A stretch of 63,166 bases of DNA, filler included, from Phoronis australis (Eukaryota; Animalia; Phoronida), in NCBI GenBank assembly GCA_002633005.1. It is 8 parts of 8 records of this genome, joined end to end, with 100 filler letters (N's around TTAATTAATTAA, not from the genome) between each part and the next. Parts side by side here need not be neighbours in the genome. Positions count along the whole stretch, not along the records: positions 24,938 to 42,728 come from NMRA01000239.1; positions 42,829 to 48,276 come from NMRA01001516.1; positions 48,377 to 56,416 come from NMRA01000338.1; 5 more parts are not named here. One strand, written 5' to 3'. The position numbers and the translations under genes were made by a program. Each line of letters begins with the position of its first letter. The first letter of the stretch is position 1. Shown here in pieces: positions 39,201 to 51,239 of this stretch. The notes below the pieces were generated by a model, which was given only the letters and a program-made list of their open reading frames with translations, was not told the origin of the DNA and searched no databases.

Positions 39201-41025
39201 TCAATACTTTAAGTAGTTACCTGTAGAATCATTGAAAAACATTTTGCAGCGACTTCGATGTTGTTGTTTTCAACTCGTTCCCATCATAGCTTCGTAAATA
39301 AATGTTAAATTTACGGTTGAAGGTTGGCTCGCATACAAGATATGGTAGACTATTGGTTTGCGAGCTATTCTGCGGGGCAAAAGACAGTGCGAACGCTTAA
39401 CAAAGTAATAGATTCACATCTGGATTCGGAGAGTGCTGTTGTCTGGAGTTGAAATTAATCGAGAGATCTTTGTCATGCAGGCACATGCACACCAGTCAGA
39501 TAAAGGATCATTGTCACATTTTTCCCCATGGATGGGTGGAAATAGATTGTCAACGACTGGTGCTGTAGGTTTTGGTGGGACTATAGACTGAATACTGGCT
39601 CAAGTTAATCACTTTATTAATCTCGAACGTACGTTCACAAGTCTGCTCTAACAAAACGTCTGACATAATGCCTGTTTGTATGCTGCAGCCAGCGCTGCAA
39701 AGCCGTGGCTTGCGATGAACTTCTGTGACACTTCCAGTGACAGTTACACTCCTTGATTCAATAACATGCTGTCTCTATAGCTGGCTCTCTATTGACTATC
39801 GCTGTAACAGCTGATCTTCACTCAACTCAACTTTAATTCTCTTGTAACTAACCCAAGTAACCCATGCCTGGGTATTTATGGTCTCTTACAATATTCTCGG
39901 ACTTTTCACCAATTCAAGCACATTCTAGAACTTTCTGGAATCCACACAATAATTCTGCAGACATAGACTAGGTACTAAAATGTTCTAGACTTCATTAATT
40001 ACTAAGTAAACATGCTAGAATCTTGTAGAATGTTCCCTACCATGCTATTGTAAACAAATTACATCATCACTGTCATGACCTTATGGGTTGTGCCAATCAA
40101 ATAAGAATAAAATAGTTTAATCAAGAACAGTGTCAGTCTATGCCTGATAATCAGGTACTCTTACAAGCCAGTGCATTCGCCTAAGTGCGCTTATTTTCAG
40201 CAACTTGGAATTTTATCTTCTATTTTGTTGCACAAAGCGTTATTAATGTGTTGTATATAAATAGGTAAATAAAACAACAAGAATGGATCAACTGAAATAT
40301 AATGTTTGATTTTACTTTATTTCTGTTTCTGTTGACAAAGGACGTTATTACATCCGAAAATTTCAGTTGATCCATTCTTGTTGTACCTATTTATATTCTA
40401 CATTTCGGGAAACAATAGTATCCTTGGGAGGATCTGGATCGCCTTATTTAGTTTCAGATTTATTTTCTACGTAATGTGTTGTGATATTTCAACATGAAAG
40501 TAAGGTAAATAGTTCTCAAGCTTGTCATGAGATTGATTGATGATTTGTGCTCTAAAGTAAATAGTTCAAAATATCACCAATTTTGAACAAAAATAGTTGC
40601 TAAAAATATATTTTTATTTTTTCAAGGGCTTCTAACATTGCGAATGTCAACAGTTTTTGTAAACATTTTTGTCTTTTGGTAGCCGTGGTACAGAACTTGA
40701 ACATAGAAAATAAAATTTCATTGGTGGTTATGGAAAAAACGTGGCCTCTATATTGTGCCTAAAATTGGTGAGATTTTACCTCATAATATTACATGACATC
40801 TCACATTTTAACCTCAAATTTTACATTTTTCCACAAGGTATTTGTTCTTCACGGAGTGGGGTCGTGTTCCGTCAGTGTCACGTTATGACTTGCAAAGCAA
40901 GCTGAAGAGGGTTTTGATTGGTACACAGCTGAAGTGGCCCAATGGTCTGCATTTTGACAAGAGAGGGGGCAAGTTGTACGTGGGTGATGGACAGTTGCGC
41001 AAAGTTTATACTCTTCATCCTGATG
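25828..41025 (+). CDS. LRP/LDL-receptor-family-like gene (YWTD beta-propellers + EGF), partial; exons 25828-25956, 29024-29292, 29655-29780, 32267-32400, 33355-33463, 34295-34475, 35736-35973, 36513-36690, 37541-37681, 38340-38514, 38916-39140, 40838-41025
   Basis: All exons have AG/GT boundaries with matching phases; motifs LYWND, LYFVD, VYWSD, LYFSN, LYYTDWG, IYFSD, LFWTS, LFFTEWG, WPNG; EGF exons CSHLCLP...CKCP...CK and CDDICIP...CAC...C. Confidence 0.93.
26130..27848. repeat. ~36-bp intronic minisatellite with a 302-bp higher-order repeat
   Basis: Unit accagaacacctgacataaatacagctggtataggt; the variant block gtactagaacatctg recurs at 26281, 26583 and 26885. Confidence 0.96.
30053..31732 (+). 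mobile_element. Helentron-associated HINE/DINE-1-like element, copy 2 (in an LRP intron)
   Basis: T-run start, subTIR atgcgcccac, (GTCC)n microsatellite at ~30103-30145, internal tandem units with ctagtggc, 3' subTIR gtgggcgca plus hairpin and ctcttgt end. Confidence 0.78.
31965..32072 (-). mobile_element. tRNA-derived SINE head
   Basis: Reverse complement gives gtggcttagtgg (A box) and ggttcaaatctc (B box). Confidence 0.6.
32565..32990. mobile_element. Diverged HINE-like fragment (similar pieces at ~34560-34830 and 48808-49230)
   Basis: ctagtggc / gatttcaatgaaa motifs; tttttatgccg...(gtcc)n start at 48808. Confidence 0.45.
36180..36292. repeat. (TCA)n/(CAC)n microsatellite
   Basis: Directly visible. 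Confidence 0.95.
39803..40165. mobile_element. Possible solo LTR
   Basis: TGTAA...TTACA ends and ttctaga repeats typical of LTR U3 regions; no TSD. Confidence 0.3.
40256..40395. mobile_element. Small foldback/MITE-like inverted repeat
   Basis: acaacaagaatggatcaactgaaat / atttcagttgatccattcttgttgt plus outer tataaataggta/tacctatttata. Confidence 0.7.
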
Positions 41026-42287
41026 GTATGAACATTTTAATTCTTGTAGCTTAGATACTGCTGATACCTGAACTTACTAATCTGGATAGGCCTTTGTCCG
41101 GTCTCCAGGCGTGGTAATAAAACATGGTAGTGGAACTGTTGGATAGACAATCAAATTGGCTGATCTGAATTATAGCTATCTCCAACAAAACTTGGCAGAT
41201 TTTTGGAAGGAAAAAAGGTTTGATTCTCATTTTTTATGAAGAATTCAAACGTCGGCTCTGTTTCGGGCCACAAAAAAGGCAGAAATTGAAATCAAACATC
41301 ATAATTCTTCAGTCAACTCTTATTTTAACACAGTCAAATTAAAGTACAGTAAAGAGTAATTGAGCAGAAGGACTTGTGGTTTTCTGACCATCCATAATTG
41401 TCCACTTGTCAACTCTGGACAGTTCATCACAACAACATTATGTTATGTAACAACTCCCCAATCTTGTGTTCAGCTCGGTAGCCATGGCTAAAACTTTCCA
41501 GGTTTTCCTTGTCAGATTTTCTCTGTTTTTGATTAGTATGGAAAACAGTTGAAAGGATTGGGTCTTTGGGTTCATTGAATGAAAAATAGGTACCATTTCC
41601 CTGTTTGTGAGGACCAACGTTTTAGTGGGAGAATTCTCATTCGTTTTGAGTGAAGTTTTTAGATTTTTCCTATGTGATTCGTTTTTGAGTGATCCAGTGC
41701 TTCAAAAAGAGATTGCTCATAGGTGCCATCAAAACATTCTTGTCTTCATAATAGGCCAATCTTTGGTGAAATTAAGTGAATAACTTAGCCTTTGTTCTTT
41801 TTTTATCCACAAAAACCATCCCACTTTCATAATGTCATCCCAAAATACCCAGTCATCAAAATAAATGACACGGAGGAAAATTTAGTTGACAGGTAGCATT
41901 GTTGATTTTCGTATTTATAAACTGAAGGTCTTCAACACATCCTGTGCTGCATCAGAAACACATGGGGAATCCTACATTTTGAGCTTGCCATTGAAAGCAA
42001 AAATTTTATAAACAATAGCCTGTCTCATACCAATATTACCTGTGAGACAATAAAGCTCAAGTAATCCAGGTTACGTTGACCTAACAAGCATTGATCACTC
42101 AGAGAAATTCAAATTCTTTGAGAAAATTATGAAATTGCTTCAATAATTACTAGACTGCTAAACTAGAGTTATTCTGAGTGCTCGCCACAATTAGTTTTGA
42201 CTCGTCGCGCAGCACGTTTGGATTTCACCTTGCCGCATGTGGCTTACTTGTGTCCGAGTTCATCTCAAAAACTATACTAGGTGAAGT

Positions 42288-42728
42288 ACTACGGTAAAGT
42301 CGCGTGATTTTCGGACACTGAAAATTAATTCCAATAGAAAAAATTCATTCTTGGACGAATCTCGCGAAATATCATTTTGTGGTGTCCGAATTTGGCGGAC
42401 CTCCAAATTTGGGTTTCCGCTAGTGTCCGAATTTCGTGGGTGTACATTATTTCGATGAGCGGTCGCAGTATCAACAATGCTGGCTCGGTCATTTGATAGC
42501 AGTATAATTGCAGGTAAATGAGACTCAAATGGTCTGAGCGATTAATTTTTGAAAATCTGGCTTTCCCAATAAGAAATGTGCGCCGTCGACGCACAAAGAC
42601 CGTTCCCAACAAGTGTTGGTTCTTCTTTTCAAAGATGTGCTTTCTCAATATGAAATATTCGGCTTGCATTGCCGATGCTCAAAAACCGTTCTCGGCAAGT
42701 GACGGAATCTTTTCAAAACTGCGCTATC
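42288..42728. mobile_element. End of a probable TA-flanked Tc1/mariner-type non-autonomous element
   Basis: TA-cggtaaag start with repeated cggacac/gtgtccga subterminal motifs; runs into a spacer. Confidence 0.4.
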
Positions 42729-42828
42729 NNNNNNNNNNNNNNNNNNNNNNNNNNNNNNNNNNNNNNNNNNNNTTAATTAATTAANNNNNNNNNNNNNNNN
42801 NNNNNNNNNNNNNNNNNNNNNNNNNNNN

Positions 42829-43067
42829 AAAAGTACAGTTGTTAGGCTAGACTGTAATCAGCTGATCATATCCGCATGAGCGAAGTCAATTATCCTCGCT
42901 CGTGACTCGATGAATAGAGCAGCTTGGCGGCATCCCTTTGAGCATGAGCCGAGCGCGTCTCAGCCAAGGTGGATAAATACGGTCTAGTTCAATTTTCCAT
43001 ACCCCGCCGTTTACCTTAAACACCGGGGTTAGAACCAATTTTATTTAGTGGGAATGTTCATAGCATG
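42829..43067. repeat. Second copy of the 24957-25196 repeat
   Basis: Near-identical sequence. Confidence 0.9.
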
Positions 43068-43068
43068 A

Positions 43069-43517
43069 ATGACTTTGATGACAACCAGTAGCAGGTCAGA
43101 CCTAGCAAAATCCCAGATACTTTTTCAACGGACATTTTCTCCCTTTTCACATCGCAAACTTAGCAACTCGAATGCATGTGTCAGTTAGAGAGCACTGATT
43201 CAACTTTCACGTCGACAAGTTGCCTTGCGCTCTAAAGCCTTTCAATGGCGGTCGTGAAGAACAGTAACGCCGTACCTGCATGAACGAAGTAAATTTTGCG
43301 ACCTAAAATTTGTGATTATTTAAGGCTGCAGGTAAGAGCATAATTTAAACATATTCTCGATGATCTAAAAAATCAATTTTGGCGCGTAAAAATGTCGGGA
43401 AAATTTATGAATGCGAGCTGGATTTTCAAAAAGCGACATGGGATTTTGACTAGGTTGCAAAATGTGACCGCTAGGTCGCACAATGCGACCTGGCGATTTT
43501 AATAGCGTCGAGCCCTG
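43069..43517. mobile_element. Partial third copy (one arm) of the CAGGGCTCG TIR element
   Basis: Reverse complement of 2968-3410; ends gcgtcgagccctg. Confidence 0.88.
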
Positions 43518-44364
43518 TGATCCAAACCATTTTTGCACCTAGCTGCTTTCAGATATCCAGTGAGTTTTGAGTGAGTAAAAAATCTAGCGGCAATAATGCT
43601 AAGTCAAAGGAACTTAACGCCCCATACAGCGCCACCTATGTTTTGGGTTGGAGCCCTTTGTTATGGTTCTGCGGAAGGTAGCTCCAAAGTTTGGCAGAGT
43701 TCTGCCCACATCTGACCAGAGATGCAGTTCACATGGTTCTTGTAAGAACAGCGTCAACATCCAAGCACATGCAAAATCACAAGAGCGAAAGACGAGTCTT
43801 TCGTAAACTAGCAAAATGGCTACCACTGAATGGATCCGGCAGCAATAAAAATCTTTGATCCATATGCACTCTGAAGACTGCAGCACAAGTTACTGTGAAA
43901 CCCCCTTTGTATGCGATACAGCACTGTTGAAAGCCACACAGAAGGGTAACGACGCTTACCTCGGCTCAAAGAATTCGAACGGTTCAGACTGGTACTCCTA
44001 GCAGATGGTTGCAATTTCAGTTTGGAAACAGGAAGAAAAGACTGAATTATAGCAGTAACCACAGCAATAATACCACTATCTCAATTTGGAGTGATGTAAC
44101 CCTGCTACATAAATTTTCATCAAATTTCATGAACTTAAGATTTTGTTTAACACAAGAGGATGCTAAAATCTTCAGAAACCAGCACACTCTTCGATGTCAT
44201 TTGTTAAAAAAGTGCCGCTTCACACAAAAACATTGATCACCAGAGAAAATAAATTTGCAGTTAATAATAAAAAAGAAAAAAATTGAAGGCAGACTTGCAC
44301 ATGATCTATCTTGCCCATTGCACTAATCACCTGAACCTATTTTTATGCATTAATGATATATAGA

Positions 44365-44540
44365 CAAAACCTGAGCTGAAGAACTAGATACTTGACCCTA
44401 CGGTCTAGCAGTGTGCCCCAGTGGGACTCAAACCCACGATCTTGACCCTAGGGTCTAGCAGTGTGCCCCAGTGGGACTCAAACCCACGATCTTTAGTAAA
44501 GGAAGTGGAAACCTGTCCCACTGAGTCACACTGACTCCTC
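44365..44540 (-). mobile_element. tRNA-derived SINE fragment with an internal ~52-bp duplication
   Basis: cttgacccta...gggactcaaacccacgatc occurs twice; B-box-like gggtttgagtcc on the minus strand. Confidence 0.55.
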
Positions 44541-45421
44541 ATTTAATACAGTAAGTCCAGAAGAAGTAGGGAACATTTTCTCCTTGCAAGATATTCATAA
44601 ATCGTCAAATGTAGCGTCTCGGCAGCACTACAACACTGGTGTGCAAAAATTTCCTAAAACCTATAAAACAGTTAATCTACAGGTTACTTACGACGTAGTC
44701 TTAATCCTCACTGACATTTGAATAGTTTGCACTCACTGAACTCAACCAAGGGTGAAAAGTGAAGTANATTCTCAATCCTCCTCTTGTTTTACTCTGCAAC
44801 ATAGCTCGTGGCGTACCCCGGGCAAAATAGATTACGATAAATATAATTGTACAAATCTCGAGCGAAAAGGCGAAACAGTTGGCCTCAGTCAAACAGGTAG
44901 AGGTGCGTATTTTCGGAAATTGAGGGCGTTATTTTCGGAAATTGTCAAACTTTTTAGGATGTAGTTTTGTTGAACAAACTAAATGATTTTTTAAACAAAC
45001 ACGTTCTTTTGAATGTATATAATTGTATCTCACTAGTAAGAATTTTATGTGACCATACTTATTTCGCATTCGGCAAAAACAGTTCGTTAAAATTGTCCTT
45101 CATAATCTTAGTTACCAACAAAATCAACAAATATCTCATAAAATGAGTGAAATAGCGTCTGCAAAGTATGATGTTTTACTTCGAAACATATTACATACGG
45201 AATTCACGACAATCCTTCAGATTTTCAATACATGCTAACAGTTACCGAAAATACGCGCATGGTATTATTTTTTGAAAATTTTCCGAAAACATACCGATGG
45301 CCGTACATGGTTTTTGGGTCAGTCTATATTTTCGGAGGAAATTCCTGATAGTTGACATTTGACGTGTACGATTAGTGACGTCGCACTATTCGTGACGTAT
45401 TTACTTCACAAATTTTGTAAA

Positions 45422-46000
45422 ATGAACCCTGGAATGGCTTACAGGGTCATTCGAGACTTTATGAAAGTCACTGTATTATGGTTTATAGACTTTATGTGGA
45501 AAATTACGCTGAGAACGACAGAGAAAATTAACTTTGTCACCAGGAGATTCTGGAGCATTGTGTATTTTGGCAACAAAGACCCTCCTGGAAGCACGGAAGT
45601 GAACAACAAGTGGTCAGGCGACGCATTTGTCGCGTCCACAACTGTTCAGGAAGCTAAAATTGACACCAAATTAATGGAATCTTATGTCAGGTGCGTAACA
45701 GATTTGTGTTGTCTTCTTGTGATAGCATCACGCCGCAAAAAGGCAAACACTGTCCGTAAATCAACGGACATCGCTGGGCATATCACAGAATGCGATGTCA
45801 AATGCATAATCGGAAACTCGACGAGCATCTACAAAGACGCTAAATGTAAAAGAAACACTTCGGAGGAAGTGTCGCGCATTTCCACAGAGAACGACGAGAA
45901 GGTAAAACAGAAGGTTCATGTACAGAAAGGTCCGATTGATGACCCTGATGCTGAAGGGAGGGGAGTCGTGCAATGGGGCTATTCGGAAAATCTACAATAA
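45422..46000 (+). CDS. Unassigned ATG-initiated ORF (~192 aa), no recognisable domain
   Basis: Long open frame in non-repetitive sequence; no homology recognised. Confidence 0.2.
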   Translation: MNPGMAYRVIRDFMKVTVLWFIDFMWKITLRTTEKINFVTRRFWSIVYFGNKDPPGSTEVNNKWSGDAFVASTTVQEAKIDTKLMESYVRCVTDLCCLLVIASRRKKANTVRKSTDIAGHITECDVKCIIGNSTSIYKDAKCKRNTSEEVSRISTENDEKVKQKVHVQKGPIDDPDAEGRGVVQWGYSENLQ

Positions 46001-46682
46001 CTAGAGCGCGTGCGTGTACTAGTGGTGATAGATTAACAGCCTCGATTTCGCTTGAAAATGGGTAACAATGGTTTGAAGTTGTCTCAAAAAACTTGTATAT
46101 TTTACAGAAAAGTGATGCGTTTAAAGAATTGTTATGGCTAGGGATAAAAAATAAAGACAGTTTTATGCAATATTCATTACATACACCCTTGGTTTCTGAA
46201 AATAGTAATTATTTACTTTTATGTTAAACTGTAGACCAATCACCATATATTTTTGAAAAACAGGGATAACATTTTTGATCCAATCTGGAGTACTTAATTA
46301 TTCATATTTCAATGTTTGTTCCAGGTTCAGTGACATTTTAAGGCCACTTCAAGCTGTATCATAGACAAGCTTTGTTACTCCGTTCTCTTCCCACAGCACT
46401 TCCACACACCAGCAGTGCTGCATGGCACAATGTGCAAGACAGTGGCCCTGGAGAAATGTGAATCGCAGTACTAAGTTACCATAAGACAATGTGCCAGTGG
46501 AGTGTCTGTGTATCCAGACGAACTATATCTGACTGCTGCACAAATAAGCCTTGTTGGTGAGGATGCCCTTTCATAGGCAATGAGTCATGTGTGGACCATA
46601 GGTTATTTCCTTTCCTGGAAGAAACATGAGGGACTGAAGCTAAAGAAGACCTAGTCACACTCTGGTCTAGTTCAGAGTCTGA

Positions 46683-47010
46683 TTTTGGGCTCAAAACGAT
46701 TCAAGTGATATGCTACTGTGTTTACCTTCAAGGGTCTAATAGTGGATGTTATTGAGGCTGAATGAGGTCACATGAAAGAAAGCCACGTGTTGAAACTGGA
46801 CCTTTTTTACAAGCACTTCTATAGGCCATTGAAACTAGAACCCAGAATTTTGGGCTCAAAACAATTCAAGTGATATGCTGCTGTGTTTACCTTCAAGGGT
46901 CTAATTGTGGATGTTATTGAGGATGAATGAGGTTACATGAAAGAAAGCCACGTGTTGAAACTGGACCTTTTTACAAGCACTTCTATAGGCCATTGAAACT
47001 AGAACCCAGT
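46683..47010. repeat. ~165-bp tandem duplication
   Basis: ttttgggctcaaaac...gaaactagaacccag occurs twice. Confidence 0.9.
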
Positions 47011-47865
47011 GAAATGAAAGCCAAAAGCTGAGTGACATTAAATTTTCCTTTCAGAAGAAAGGCTTTATACTATTGGTAAAAACTTTTCAATTTGGTTCAG
47101 ATTATGGGGAAATGACATTCAGTGACTGCATCGATTGTCTTATTGTATGTTTTCAATTGTAGCTAGCTGGATAAGAATCTGCTATGCACAAGGTTCGAGA
47201 ATAAACAATTATCAGTGTATTTAAAAATAAATGGCAAACTGAAAAAGCACAGAAAGAAACAACATTGCAAGGGAGTCCATAATCAGGCATATCAGGTGCT
47301 GAATTTCTGAATTAGTTCAATTCTCTCAGGTTATTGCTGCAAGATTGCTTTTCAATTTGTCCAACGGTGAAATAGATGGTCAGGCGGTTGGTTTCAGTTG
47401 TTTTTTTTCTTGCCTGTAACAGAATAGAAATATTAGCAAATTGTAAAAGAAAAGACAAGACAAAACTACTTTTGTAAGGCAGAACATACTTGACATTTCA
47501 CCTTCATGTTTAGGTGTAGAAACTATTAACCTTTGTACCCAAGTCTTATTTAATATCTGAATTAAAATATGTGAAACAGGCTAAAAGTGATTTAACAATG
47601 TGTATTTTTCATGAAACTTAAAATGTGCTTCTGATCTCAACAAGTAAAATTCATTTTAGGTGTCATTTTTTTTCCAATGCAATGTTACGACATTTACTGA
47701 ATTAAGGCTTATTCATGTTAATTCGATAACTGAGCTGGTGGTCCTGGGGGTGGGGTCCACGATAAAATAAAGAAACTCACTCATCTAGAGAATTTTATTG
47801 GAAACAGCGTAGTTTTGAAGAGAAACTGTTGTGAAAAAGTCACTCTTGACTTCTGTGTATCACGT

Positions 47866-48226
47866 ACCATACACCTCTTATTTTGGGAGCACTCCCACCC
47901 AGGACAATATGAATATGTGCTGCTAGCCTACCCAGAATCGGGTGATTTTCCAAAAAGAAACACTTAGTTCCACTCAATAAAACTGTTATTCAGTGGGGGT
48001 AACTGGTGGGGATAACGTCACCGAACGATGTTGATAGAAATTGATTGCTAAAAACTTACCAAGTAATGTTGTGTGGTCTCCGAATGGAACTACATAGTCA
48101 TGGAGCACACACGGGGCTTCAGCATCCACACACTTTTTGTCAGTCAGTTGACCCTGTTGACCGCAATTGTCCACGAATATAGTAACCTTAGGTCTTTTGG
48201 CAATTTGTGGCCACCTGTCGAAGACT
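47866..48226 (-). CDS. Two candidate spliced exons of an unidentified gene (~48226-48059 and 47983-47866)
   Basis: GTAAGT donor, AACAG acceptor and compatible phase give ...VTIFVDNCGQQG...DHTTLLVLLSGTKCFFLENHPILGRLAAHIHIVLGG...; no family recognised. Confidence 0.3.
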
Positions 48227-51200
48227 TGCACCAGGGAAATTAGCAGTAATAAGGCTTAGCGCGACGACGTATTTTGNNNNNNNNNNNNNNNNNNNNNNNN
48301 NNNNNNNNNNNNNNNNNNNNTTAATTAATTAANNNNNNNNNNNNNNNNNNNNNNNNNNNNNNNNNNNNNNNNNNNNCGTCATCATCTTTATCGTCATCTT
48401 TTTGGTTAATTTCGCCAAGGTTCGCTCCTCGGAGCGCTTTCATTTTTATTTTGTCATGCAAAATGAGTTACAAAGAGGTAAAGTGTAATTAGTTGCACTT
48501 GTTCACCACCTGTGGGCGATTTGCTACATTGAATTGTAAGGATTCTCTGGTCGGTGTTTCGATGTATGTACTCTTTGGATAGGAGACGTCAGTTTCATAA
48601 CGATGAGTGGTCTAAATCAAAAGTTGTTTTTATGATCGAAATCCGGTTTGTTGCATTTTAAAACACTGCTGTTCCGTGTTTCTGCAATGAAAGACAGACT
48701 GACATTTTGTATACCTTCTCTCGCCACATGGCCTAGACATCTCCCTGAATGGATGACCCATACTCTGCTGTTGAAGTTTTATGAAATAACTGCTGAGTGC
48801 AGACACCTTTTTATGCCGTTATCTCCGTCCGCCTGTCCGTCCGTCAGTCCTTCCGTCTTCTGCTGTATTTCTAAAACCCCTTAATACATGATCATGAATT
48901 TTTCATGTAATGTTTCTTCATAAAATGAATGGAATAAGCGGATTTTCGGAAGGATCTGACTATCGGTTTGCTCCCCTTGATGCAATTTCAGATGTTTACG
49001 TTTGCCGCTGTATCTTCTGAGTTCCTCAACGGATTTTTATGAAATTTGTCAGATTGGCATTTACAAGGAACACGACGACGCCGTCACATTATACTGGATT
49101 TACTGTTTTCGAGCCTACTTATTACTGTCTGCTCCTCTATAAGCCAAAGTATCGTAAGGATGATTATGAAAATTGACAAAAGATTCTACTTTTGGGAAGA
49201 GGACGGATGACGATGATTTTCGGACGGCCCCATCTTCTGTCAATCATCGTTTATCTCAAGAAAATGTGGTGTGAATGCGTTGAGTTCAGAAATTCCGATT
49301 CCAAATTTCCTTCTCATGGTCTATGAGGAGTTGAAGTACACTTTTTTTAAGAATAAGAACGGTGAAATTGGTGACGGTACAGGCCTTGAGTGAAATAATT
49401 GACTCTAGACAAGTACATCGACGAATCCTAAAATACAACCAATTGTAAAGATATTTAAAGGAATTAATCAACAATGGCACTCAAAGTCGAAATAATACTT
49501 TTGTTTTAAATTTTTAAAACATTTCCGGAGGAGCTATTGACTAACCTGAAATTAACTAAATATTCACCGCGACAACAACTGGAAAGTACAACATACTTTA
49601 ACTCAAAATTTAAGGCTACTGATATCTTCTCAGAAAATTTAGAAATAGTCCGGGTTTCCTGTCCGATCCACTGGGTTTCTGTTTCAAAGGCCGGGGTTCG
49701 GATTTTAAAGGTCAGGGTTCGTTTTTTGAACATGCGGGAGTCTGTATTCAACTCCAGGATTTCTGTTTTACACCGGGATTCCAATTTCGATGAAACATCT
49801 TGTGGAAGACACGGTTTATGTACGAGTGCACATTATCGGTGAGCTATAGGTGTGCCAAGTCAATATTTTCACGAAGCTGTATTTGAAGGCAACACATTTT
49901 GCGATCAAATGGTGACCTCGGTACATGGTACTATAAATAAAATTTGGACTCTTGTCTTTACAGACTTGGTTTTCAAAAAAATAAAGGTAAAGGAAGGAGG
50001 TTGTAAAATGTCAAATATCTTATTTTCTTGCGATGCGACAGTTACGGAATACAACCAAGAACAAAAATCAAGTGTTTTGCTCGTTTGAGACAAAGTTTCA
50101 GAATATACTGCCATTTTACAGCAACTTGGGTGCTAATAGCTCATTGAAACGATCAAACAGTTTTTCAGGCATCGGCAATGTTTATACTTAAGTTTATTGC
50201 AAATCAGGATTCGTGAGAAAGCGAATCTGGTTCGTCTGTAAAACCTGTTTGTCGCTCGCAATACCCTTTATTTTCAAATAAGCCTGTCTTAGACACACTA
50301 TGGGCTTTTTGTTCTTTACGTTTTGTGAATATGGTGACTGTTTATTCGAGACAAGCACCTGTTGCTAAAAAGTCCTTCATACCTACCACACGTGTTATTT
50401 GAACTTCGTGGGAATAGCGTGTTGTTTTCTTTGTTTGAAATCTGATATGCGAAGGTGCTTGGTATTCACAGTATGTTTTAGCTTACCTATTTTCCGGGAG
50501 GCTGTGAATATTGAATTAATATCATATTATACTGTATGAAAATGTTTCTAATGCATTTTAAATGTTTGGTCAGGTCATCAAAACATTATAAAATGGGGCA
50601 GTTACGTTCCAAAACGTGCAAAACTATCTTAACAATTTGCTGCAAGAGAGCTTGGGAAATTTATAGTGATTTCCTTCTGTTTGATTTGGAACTGAAATTT
50701 GTTAAAGCCCTGGTAGATCAGGCAAAACGACCAGTTCATAATGTTCATTAATTTGCAGTTGATACTTACTGCACTGTATGTCTATCACGTCTTACGTCAA
50801 TTAACGAATAATATGTTGAAGTTATTTTTGCCAAACCACCGCGCATATCGGTAACGCTTTAATTGTGAAATATATTTTCAGGTGGCGCTATGCGGTTATC
50901 CGGATGTGTGACATGTACGTTTAGCCAAACTCACTTCCCTGTAAGCTGAGTACTTATATACACGCTAGTGCATGTGCGTTGTCGGTGATGTTTTCAATTG
51001 TTAAAGAGTAATCATTGAACATACATGTACTGGACCACTGAAATTGACGTGTTAGGTTTTCAGCAATCGTATTACATTATCGATAATTGAGAACGCAATC
51101 TTATGGTTGTGGTGCATGTAGTTACGTCATAACAGCTTGTGTTGTCATGCACGTACGTTATCCCTGTTTTAAGCAAGAGATTACCTCCGGTATTACCAAC

Positions 51201-51239
51201 GGTGGAATTCGAGCCTACGCCTGTTAGGAGGCATTTTAT

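Noticed and set aside
43614-44062. Two possible minus-strand exons (…SLSRG|gtaagc; EPCELHLW…)
   Set aside because: Weak acceptor, no recognisable domain and no further support
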